A stretch of DNA of 20,437 nt. It comes from Leptolyngbyaceae cyanobacterium. GTDB lineage: Bacteria > Cyanobacteriota > Cyanobacteriia > Phormidesmidales > Phormidesmidaceae. The notes beneath the pieces were generated by a model. That model had not been told where the DNA came from. It ran no database searches and saw nothing but the letters and a program-made list of their open reading frames with translations. The stretch covers positions 1 through 20,437 of the forward strand of contig JBHJHA010000073.1 of assembly GCA_050331235.1 (NCBI GenBank), read 5' to 3'. Position 1 is the first letter of the stretch, and each line of letters begins with the position of its first letter. The position numbers and the translations under genes are program-made. Positions 10,245 through 18,026 of the stretch are shown here, one piece after another.

Positions 10245-10393
10245 ATAGTAGTTACAAGTTTCGACAAAACATTGAGAAGGGTTAACTATCTTGCCGCAGT
10301 GGGATAGCCATACTTAAATAGGGGCCTGAGTATGGGTCGCAAACTCAACCGTTCTATGCTGATCGCCATCTTCGACTTAGTTGAAGCACCGCT

Positions 10394-11452
10394 ATGCCAT
10401 TTCAGCTTTATCATCTACTGGCCTTTTTAGTCTCCGCTGCAGTTGTTCTGATATCAACTCCCATCGTTCGGAAAATTGGATTGAAATGCGGTCGGGTCGA
10501 TGTGCCCGGAGGACGCAAGGTTCATACTCAGCCCATGGTGCGGTTGGGCGGTGTTTCGATCTTTTTAGGTACGTTGATTTCGTTGTTGCTAGTGTGGTGG
10601 GCTGGCGGATTTATTGATGCAAGCGGTGCACATCTGAGTCCGACCGATGAATATGAAATCTGGGGGGTGACCCTGGGCGGCTTTGCTTTCTTTCTAATTG
10701 GGCTGCTAGATGACCTGTTTGGCTTATCGGCGTCGAGTCGATTGCTCATGCAGGCGGCTATTGCCGCGATCGCCTGGCACGTTGGCGTGAGCATCGATTT
10801 TCTGAGCATCCCCTTTGTGGGGCTAGTTTCGCTCCCTATGTGGGTCAGTTTGCCCATCACGATTATTTGGTTGGTCGGTATGACCAATGCCATTAACTGG
10901 ATTGACGGACTTGATGGCTTAGCCGCAGGGGTCTGTGGAATTGCGGCTCTGATCATGCTAGTTGTTAGTTTATTTATGGCTCAGCCTGCCGCCGCGCTGA
11001 TTGCTGCTGCCTTGGCTGGGGGATCATTGAGCTTCTTGCGCTACAACTTCAACCCGGCCAAGATTTTTATGGGCGATGGCGGCTCCTACTTCATCGGCTT
11101 TACCCTGGCTGGCGTTGGGGTGATCGGCTTGATCAAAAGCGTCACAACCGTTGCAGTGTTACTACCTTATTTGATTTTAGCCGTACCGATTTTGGATATG
11201 TCTGCGGTCATTGTGGAGCGTATTCGGTCGGGTAATTCACCCTTTGTTGCTGATAAGCGACATCTGCACCACCGCCTGTTGAAAGCGGGGCTGTCCCATC
11301 GCTGGGCGGTTCTATTTATTTATGCGTTGACCCTGTGGGCTGGCTGTTTAGCAGTGGCCTTTGCTGGGGTTCCCAGCGGCTTTTTGTATGCGGCAGGGGC
11401 TACGGGGCTGCTGACCTATACCGGCTGGCGGGTGAAGCAGTTGTCTCGATGA
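10394..11452 (+). CDS. MraY/WecA-family polyprenyl-phosphate GlcNAc-1-phosphate transferase (glycosyltransferase family 4)
   Basis: RKVH..PM.RLGG, GLLDD, NAINWIDGLDGLA, NFNPAKIFMGDGGS and ADKRHLHHRL motifs; many hydrophobic helices. Confidence 0.93.
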   Translation: MPFQLYHLLAFLVSAAVVLISTPIVRKIGLKCGRVDVPGGRKVHTQPMVRLGGVSIFLGTLISLLLVWWAGGFIDASGAHLSPTDEYEIWGVTLGGFAFFLIGLLDDLFGLSASSRLLMQAAIAAIAWHVGVSIDFLSIPFVGLVSLPMWVSLPITIIWLVGMTNAINWIDGLDGLAAGVCGIAALIMLVVSLFMAQPAAALIAAALAGGSLSFLRYNFNPAKIFMGDGGSYFIGFTLAGVGVIGLIKSVTTVAVLLPYLILAVPILDMSAVIVERIRSGNSPFVADKRHLHHRLLKAGLSHRWAVLFIYALTLWAGCLAVAFAGVPSGFLYAAGATGLLTYTGWRVKQLSR

Positions 11453-11582
11453 TGTTGTCCCTGTAGTTGAGTTTATGGCAGATGGCCGCTAGCCCATGGC
11501 CTTCTGTAGCCCGCTGCAGGGGAGTGTAGCTGACTACTCTACGAAGGCAGCTACCCCTGCTGTTCAGTTGGATAGGACATCT

Positions 11583-12950
11583 GTGGCCACTCTCTTAGTC
11601 AAAAACATTCATACCCTGGCAACTTTCGACAGGGGGCAGCAGGAAATTCGTCGCGGAGCGTTGTTCATCCGTGACCACATCATAGAGCAGGTCGGCACTA
11701 CTGCAGCACTGCCTGATACTGCTGACCAGGTGTTAGATTTGGCCGATCGCCATGTCGTGTTACCGGGACTGGTTAACACCCATCATCATTTTTTTCAAAC
11801 GCTGACGCGGGCAGTCCCCCAAGCACAAAACCATGAGCTCTTTCAGTGGTTACAAAGCTTATATCCTCTCTGGTCAAATATTACAGCTGAGTCGCTTGCG
11901 ATCAGTGCTCAAATGGCCGCAGCAGAGTTGATTTTGTCCGGCTGTACGACGGCCAGCGACCATAGCTATCTTTTTCCCAATGATTGTACCCTCGACGATG
12001 AAATTCGGGCGGTGCAGTCTACGGGCCTACGTTTTCATGCCAACCGAGGCAGCATGAGCATTGGTCAGAGTCATGGCGGGCTTCCACCCGATAGCCTGGT
12101 GGAGGCGGAATCGTTCATTCTGAAAGACTCTCAGCGATTGATTGAGCAATATCACGACAGCGATCGCTACGCCATGCTGCGGATTACCCTAGCACCTTGC
12201 TCCCCCTTCACGGTTTCTCAAGATCTGATGCGGGAGTCTGCGGCCCTCGCTCGTTCGTTTGTTGGCGTGGGCTTGCACACCCACTTAGCGGAAAACACTA
12301 AAGATGTTGACTACTGCCTAGACAAATTTGATCAAACGCCCGGGGAATATGCGGAGTCAGTGGGCTGGCTCGGCCACGACGTCTGGCATGCCCACTGTGT
12401 CAAGCTGAGCTCGCGATCGCTGGATCAGTTTGGGCAGACGGGTACTGGTGTTGCTCACTGCCCCTGCAGTAATATGCGCCTCGCTAGCGGTATTGCCCCA
12501 ATTCGAGCCATGCTTGATCGGGCGATTCCGGTCGGCCTCGGTGTTGATGGAGCTGCCTCCAACGATACGGGGCATTTAATGCACGAGGCCCGCATGGCGA
12601 TGCTCGCAGCCCGAGTCCGTGACGAGGCACCTGCAGCCCTAACCGCGAGGGAAGCATTGGCGATCGCCACCACTGGCGGCGCTCAAGTGTTAGGCCGTGA
12701 TGATATCGGACACATAGCCCCTGGTATGGCCGCTGACTTCATCGCCATCAATCTTGAGCGCCCAGAGCTAGCCGGCGCCGGCGTATATGATCCCGTTGCG
12801 GCACTGCTGTTTTGTCAAATCCATCGGGTTGACTACAGCTTTATCCACGGGCGTTGCGTGGTAGATCAAGGACAACTGACCACCGTTGATCTTCATAGTT
12901 TGATTAATGCTCACAACCGGGCGGCACGGACCTTGCTCTCAGCTTTGTGA
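11583..12950 (+). CDS. Metal-dependent amidohydrolase, 8-oxoguanine deaminase / AtzB-like
   Basis: PGLVNTHHHFFQ, LAPCSPF, HTHLAE, WHAHCV, HCPCSNMRLASG and GVDGAASND motifs. GTG 11583 follows an AGGA RBS; the track's 11496 start is probably too long. Confidence 0.85.
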   Translation: MATLLVKNIHTLATFDRGQQEIRRGALFIRDHIIEQVGTTAALPDTADQVLDLADRHVVLPGLVNTHHHFFQTLTRAVPQAQNHELFQWLQSLYPLWSNITAESLAISAQMAAAELILSGCTTASDHSYLFPNDCTLDDEIRAVQSTGLRFHANRGSMSIGQSHGGLPPDSLVEAESFILKDSQRLIEQYHDSDRYAMLRITLAPCSPFTVSQDLMRESAALARSFVGVGLHTHLAENTKDVDYCLDKFDQTPGEYAESVGWLGHDVWHAHCVKLSSRSLDQFGQTGTGVAHCPCSNMRLASGIAPIRAMLDRAIPVGLGVDGAASNDTGHLMHEARMAMLAARVRDEAPAALTAREALAIATTGGAQVLGRDDIGHIAPGMAADFIAINLERPELAGAGVYDPVAALLFCQIHRVDYSFIHGRCVVDQGQLTTVDLHSLINAHNRAARTLLSAL

Positions 12951-13272
12951 TGCTCTCAGTAGACTTACCTATCAAATTTCTTGGATTACATGAAGATTTC
13001 ATGAACTCTAGAACCATAGCTGCCATCAGCAACGTCTCTTTCAATTAGGCTAGACCTAGCGCGAGTCTTGAGTCCGACATCGGTTGAGGTAGTCACCCAG
13101 CGAACAGCATATGCAAGTTCCAGGGAAATTTCCAGGGATGTGAATTTTACTGTTGACTTGGATACGCTAGAAAGAGGTATGGGTGCATACCGAAGCGTAT
13201 TTGTATCTCAAATTAGAGATTTGTTCAGCCCAGAGGGATGGAGGAATCCTTGCGGGAGCCAGAGGTGCCGGC

Positions 13273-14514
13273 ATGCAATGGAAAACGATATTGAATGAAG
13301 CCATTGATCGAGCCCGGCGCGGTGAGCTGACTGAAGCCGTCATCTTATTTGATCAGGTCTTAAAGCTGGAGCCGAATTATAGTAAAGCTCACTATAATCG
13401 AGCTTGTGCGCTCAGTGACCTCGGCCGTGTGTCTGAAGCCTTGGCGAGTTTCTCCCAGGCTCTGGAGCTTAATCCCGACTATGTCAATGCTTATCTCAAT
13501 CGTGGCAATCTCCATCGCAAAACTGGAGATTACGTAGCTGCAATGGCTGACTTTGAGGCCGCTCTTCAGATTGAGCCGACCTCAGCTAAAGCTTACGGTG
13601 GCCGTGGCTTAACCTATCTTCTACAGGAAAAATACCCAGCGGCGATTCAGGATTTTGACCAGGCCTTGGCCTACGCACCTAAATTTTCGAAAGTTTACCT
13701 TTGGCGTGGTTGTGCCCATTTACAGCAGGCCGCTTACCAAGCTGCCATCGTCGATTTCAATCGAGCGTTACAGTACCAGCCAAAGCTGGCCGATGCGTTT
13801 CACAGTCGGGGCTTGGCGCACATGCATCTGGGTAACTGGTATCAGGCGATCGCTGATATGAACCAGGCCATTGAGTGCAAATCTGACTTTGTAGAAGCTT
13901 ATAGTAACCGGGGTCTACTGCGGCACAAGCTGGGGGACACCGATGGTGCGGTGCGGGACTATCAGCAGGTGATGCAGCTCACGACTGAACTGTCCGCCCA
14001 AGCTCCCCCATCGGCAACACCGACGACTGAAGCTGCCACATCAGGCATGACCCAAACCTATGAAAAGACGGTCACGTCGCCGCCACAGCTAGCCGAAATT
14101 TTCAACCATCGAGGCGATCTGCGGGCCGAGTTAGGTGATGCTGCGGGCGCGATCGCTGACTATACCCAGGCCCTAGCCCTCGAACCGCAAAAATCTCGCA
14201 CCTATAATCGGCGCGGGCTCTTACGCCTACAGGCTGGACAGTTTGAATCTGCTATCCAGGATTTCAACCTAGCCCTGGAGCAAAACCCAAACGACGCTGA
14301 GGCTTACAACAATCGTGGTAATGCATATTTTCAGCTAGGCAAAGCTCCCATCGCGCTGCAAGATTTTAGTCAGGCCCTGGAGCTCGACCCTAACCTGACC
14401 GAAGCTTATATTAGCCGAGCCCAGGCTCGGGCCGCCGCAGACGATGCCGAAGGGGCCTTGCATGACTATCAACGGGCCCTGCGCTTGCGGGAACGGCATT
14501 ACACTAAACTCTAA
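13273..14514 (+). CDS. Tetratricopeptide-repeat protein
   Basis: About 11 TPR units (AY.NRG...G....A..DF..AL.L.P) and no catalytic domain. ATG 13273 follows AGAGGT; the track starts at 13183. Confidence 0.9.
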   Translation: MQWKTILNEAIDRARRGELTEAVILFDQVLKLEPNYSKAHYNRACALSDLGRVSEALASFSQALELNPDYVNAYLNRGNLHRKTGDYVAAMADFEAALQIEPTSAKAYGGRGLTYLLQEKYPAAIQDFDQALAYAPKFSKVYLWRGCAHLQQAAYQAAIVDFNRALQYQPKLADAFHSRGLAHMHLGNWYQAIADMNQAIECKSDFVEAYSNRGLLRHKLGDTDGAVRDYQQVMQLTTELSAQAPPSATPTTEAATSGMTQTYEKTVTSPPQLAEIFNHRGDLRAELGDAAGAIADYTQALALEPQKSRTYNRRGLLRLQAGQFESAIQDFNLALEQNPNDAEAYNNRGNAYFQLGKAPIALQDFSQALELDPNLTEAYISRAQARAAADDAEGALHDYQRALRLRERHYTKL

Positions 14515-14519
14515 ATGGG

Positions 14520-15365
14520 CTAGCGCTGGGGAGGCTCTTCTTCGCCCGGCCAAATTTCTTCAGAATCAACGTCGATGGTTTCCCCAGGGACTTGATTGCG
14601 GGTCGACGGTTGGCGGGTGTTTTCAAGGGTTGAGGCGGCATCGGCAAAGCGATCATTGACCTGTGATCGCAACGCTTTGCTTTGCTGTTTAACCTTGCCA
14701 AAAAGCTGTTGAACCTGACTCCGCGTTTGTTCCGTCAGTTTTTGAGCCTGAGCTTGGACGCGATCCGCCGCTTCACGGGTGCCGTCGACCACGCCTTGGA
14801 CATCCTGGCGAGTTTGAGTGACATCTTGCTGCCAGGCTTCCTTGACCCGTGCTTGCACTCCAGGGACAAACTGCTCAGCGGTTGCTAAGGCGGCCTGACG
14901 TACCATCATCCGTTTTTTGCCTATACTCACCACGGCTGCTGGAGCAAAGGCGTAGAGGCCATCGGTAAACCCTTGCCAGCCAGGTGCTGTGAAAATGTAT
15001 TCGGTGATGGCCCCAGTGGAGAGCTCGATGCAGTAGTCAACCAACGGCCCTACTTGGTCACCCGAATCGGCCCAAACCACTTGCTTGTCGAGGGCGATCG
15101 CCGCGTCCAGTCGCTGTGAAACCGCATTGCCACTACGCCGCACCAGGATACTGTCTTGCCCGATGGACTCTACCTGTACCCACATCACGGGGGTGGTGTC
15201 TAATCCAATAAGCCCTTTTTTACAGACAAAGCCCTCAATTTGGTGATTTTTAACATCTACCAAAAACTGAGAGAGCCGGCCTAACTCTTCGGTGGTATCG
15301 ATATCGATTACCAACCGTTGGTTGAGTTGGCTCTGTCGAATAGGAATCTGGTCAGCGTCAGCCAT
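14520..15365 (-). CDS. PRC-barrel domain protein with a C-terminal coiled-coil
   Basis: Two PRC-barrel-like repeats (VID..T.EELGR...FLVD; V.ADSGDQVG.LVDYCI...TG.IT.Y) followed by a Gln/Ala-rich helical tail. Confidence 0.75.
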   Translation of the reverse strand: MADADQIPIRQSQLNQRLVIDIDTTEELGRLSQFLVDVKNHQIEGFVCKKGLIGLDTTPVMWVQVESIGQDSILVRRSGNAVSQRLDAAIALDKQVVWADSGDQVGPLVDYCIELSTGAITEYIFTAPGWQGFTDGLYAFAPAAVVSIGKKRMMVRQAALATAEQFVPGVQARVKEAWQQDVTQTRQDVQGVVDGTREAADRVQAQAQKLTEQTRSQVQQLFGKVKQQSKALRSQVNDRFADAASTLENTRQPSTRNQVPGETIDVDSEEIWPGEEEPPQR

Positions 15366-15458
15366 AGCGTCTTCTCAATACTTATCGCCATCCTAGATCA
15401 GTGAGATTGTCGGCGGGCAGTGGAATTGCAAAAATCAAGGGCAACATCAGAAACGGCT

Positions 15459-17162
15459 TTACTCGACACTTTCGGTGGGAGCTGCCGCTTCTACTGGCTC
15501 AGCTTGGATGAGGCGGGCCACCCGCTGCTGAATGTTGAGGTGGGGCGCTACGCCTTCATAGGCGTAGCGGTTAAAGCCGCCAACTTCTACAATTTGCTTG
15601 AGATAGTCTACGCGCTCAGTTGGTGCTGGGTGAGAAGAAAACCATTGAATACCGCCCGCAGCGCCATTTTCCTCCCGGAGCGTCACCATTAGATTGTGTA
15701 AGCCGTCGGCGGCATATCCTCCAGCGGACAACAGTTGAGTCCCTAAAATATCGGCCTGGCGCTCCATTTGCCGCGAATAGTCACTATTAACTAAGGCCGC
15801 GGCAATGCCCCCGACTTGGGGAATCGGAATCACCCCGGCAACGCTATTGACCAGGTTGCCGCTGGTCGCCAATTGAAACCCGTGGGACAGGACGGCGTGG
15901 GCCAACTCATGGGCCACTAGCCCTGCTAGTTCAGCTTCAGAGTCAGTTTTTAAGAAGGCCCCGGAGTTGATGAAAACCTTGCCACCCGGCAGCGCAAAGG
16001 CATTCAAGTTTGGATCATCGATCACATAAAAGTCGTAGTCAAATTCATCGCGTCCGGCCAAGCTAGCGAGGTGCTGACCAATGCGATCTAAATATTCGTT
16101 GACAGCGCGATCGTCCATCATCGGTAGCTGTGCCTTAGCCTGCTCGGCAACACTGGCCCCCACTGCCGACTCGCCTTGTAACAAAATCATCGCTGAGTTG
16201 ATGGCGGTGTAGGGACCAATGATGCCCCCCGTTAAAATCAAGCCCGCTGCTCCAGTGAAAATATTGCCAATGAGATTTCCGGTGAGCTCCTCGTTCATCG
16301 CGGCGCGGAACCGATCAAGATTTTCCCGACTGAGATTGTCCATCGTTTCAAAATCGGGATGTTCAGGATTGAGTAACACAAACTGCTTGGCCGTGATGGC
16401 AGCTTCAATCCAATGCTCCATGGCCATTTGCGCCTCAGTCCGGGCTTTGAGCAGCTCCGGCTGACTGGGATAGATCATCAGGGCGCGGTCCAAAATAGCG
16501 TCGGCTTCGTCGGCGCGATCGGACTCAATCAGATATTGCGAGTAAAAGATCTGAGCAGGAATAAACTGGGGATATTCTTCCACCAGCAACTCTAGGGGCA
16601 CCAACGTCCGGTGAATGAGGCCAGCATCGTAGCCAGCTTTAGCCTCACGCCAATAGACGGCTCCCCCCGGCGGTAAATCAGCCGGATCGGTGATAGGCAG
16701 CGGGCGCAGAGAATCCGGATCAACCTGCCATTGGGCGTCTTTGACCTGACGATACAGCACCTCGGCAGTGTCGTAGTCACCGGCCAAGTAGTGATCGTCC
16801 GCAGCCATTAGGATTTGCTGCTGCTTGCTAACTTTAGGCGGTGAGGTCTCAGTGCCCGAAGATTCAATATCGACGTCGTTCCAATCTGTGTCAGCATCGG
16901 CGGGTGCCTCCGAGGGTAAACTCTCGCCAGGCAGTCGCGGCTCAAAGTCGGGCAAATCAAGGGTGTCGTCTTCGACCTCCGCATCGTCAACCGGCTCCGG
17001 TTCCGGTGAGGCTAAAACGTCTGCGTCGGCCTTGCGTAAATTGGCAATTTGCTCTATTGAGGCTGCCCGTCCCGGTTGCCAGCTTGCCCCCCAGCCGCTA
17101 ATTCCTAAAGTGCAGAAGACGCCGACTAAACACCACGCTAAAAACCGTTGCCTGCCTTTCAT
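15459..17162 (-). CDS. Exported M48-family zinc metalloprotease with a TPR-like region
   Basis: N-terminal signal-like segment, acidic linker, NAFALPGG, ELAGLVAHELAH (HExxH), YSRQMERQAD and FSSHP...ER motifs. Confidence 0.9.
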   Translation of the reverse strand: MKGRQRFLAWCLVGVFCTLGISGWGASWQPGRAASIEQIANLRKADADVLASPEPEPVDDAEVEDDTLDLPDFEPRLPGESLPSEAPADADTDWNDVDIESSGTETSPPKVSKQQQILMAADDHYLAGDYDTAEVLYRQVKDAQWQVDPDSLRPLPITDPADLPPGGAVYWREAKAGYDAGLIHRTLVPLELLVEEYPQFIPAQIFYSQYLIESDRADEADAILDRALMIYPSQPELLKARTEAQMAMEHWIEAAITAKQFVLLNPEHPDFETMDNLSRENLDRFRAAMNEELTGNLIGNIFTGAAGLILTGGIIGPYTAINSAMILLQGESAVGASVAEQAKAQLPMMDDRAVNEYLDRIGQHLASLAGRDEFDYDFYVIDDPNLNAFALPGGKVFINSGAFLKTDSEAELAGLVAHELAHAVLSHGFQLATSGNLVNSVAGVIPIPQVGGIAAALVNSDYSRQMERQADILGTQLLSAGGYAADGLHNLMVTLREENGAAGGIQWFSSHPAPTERVDYLKQIVEVGGFNRYAYEGVAPHLNIQQRVARLIQAEPVEAAAPTESVE

Positions 17163-17307
17163 GACTCGCCAACCAGAAACGTCACGTTTGATCTATTGTG
17201 TCAATTCGCATGGAGAAACGGGGGAACAAAAACCCAGCCATAGTTTCCTCAGGCGATCTGACGATTTCCCAGGGGTGCGGTTCCCGCTTTGTCAGGAAAT
17301 CGGCGGA

Positions 17308-18024
17308 CTATGTCATGGAGGGCTGATGCACGCTGCCCCAAATGGCCTCTAAGTCTAGAGCTGAGGCGGCATTTGCTAAGGTCTGTAGATCCTGTAGATC
17401 TGACAAAAAAGGGAGATGCCCGAGCACCGGCAACTGTGTCAGACGCTCAATCAGCTCGACGGGGGTCCAGTTTTGCTGCTGATCGGGCGTCAGTGGTCTA
17501 GTGCAGTTGAGAATAATGCCTTTGACAGTGAGCTGATGTTGGCGAGCCAGCGCTGTATTGGCCACTGCTTGGGCGATCGCCCCTAGCTTGACCGGCACGA
17601 CTAGCACAATGGGCAAATGCCAGGCGGCAGCTAGCTCAGCTACGGTCCATTCATCGGTAACCGGAGAGCCCAAGCCTCCGACCCCTTCGACCAGCACCCG
17701 CTGTCGTGTTTCGAGCAACTGGCTCAACTGCTGCCAGACAATCGCTAGATCGACCGTTTTGCCCTCCTGGGCGGCAGCCAATGGCGGCGCGAGCGGTGCA
17801 GCAAAACGCTGGGGAGCGATCGCGTCGGGTGCCTGGCCCAAATCAAAGAGCTGGGTGTAGGTCTCAAAATCTCCTACCCCTGACTGCACTGGCTTGATAA
17901 CGCCCAGGTCAGTAGCGGTAAAGTATTGGTGCCAATAGGCAATGAGGGCGGTGGTCACCACCGTTTTGCCGACTTCGGTATCAGTGCCGACAATCAGCAC
18001 ACTACGATGCATAACGTTGCTCAA
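17308..18024 (-). CDS. bioD: Dethiobiotin synthetase
   Basis: GTDTEVGKT P-loop, KPVQSG, PLAP.LAA, LVEGVGGL..P and KLGAI motifs. Start is TTG 18024 or ATG 18012. Confidence 0.95.
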   Translation of the reverse strand: MSNVMHRSVLIVGTDTEVGKTVVTTALIAYWHQYFTATDLGVIKPVQSGVGDFETYTQLFDLGQAPDAIAPQRFAAPLAPPLAAAQEGKTVDLAIVWQQLSQLLETRQRVLVEGVGGLGSPVTDEWTVAELAAAWHLPIVLVVPVKLGAIAQAVANTALARQHQLTVKGIILNCTRPLTPDQQQNWTPVELIERLTQLPVLGHLPFLSDLQDLQTLANAASALDLEAIWGSVHQPSMT

Positions 18025-18026
18025 AT

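Noticed and set aside
13011..13037. GAAC...GTC resembling an ECF sigma promoter
   Set aside because: The 19-nt spacer is longer than typical and the match is short.
13068..13298. 76-aa ORF upstream of the TPR gene
   Set aside because: TTG start, no clear RBS, no motif, and it overlaps the TPR start. It cannot be supported from sequence alone.
16825..17352. 175-aa Ser-rich plus-strand ORF
   Set aside because: Antisense mirror of the acidic linker of the M48 peptidase gene.
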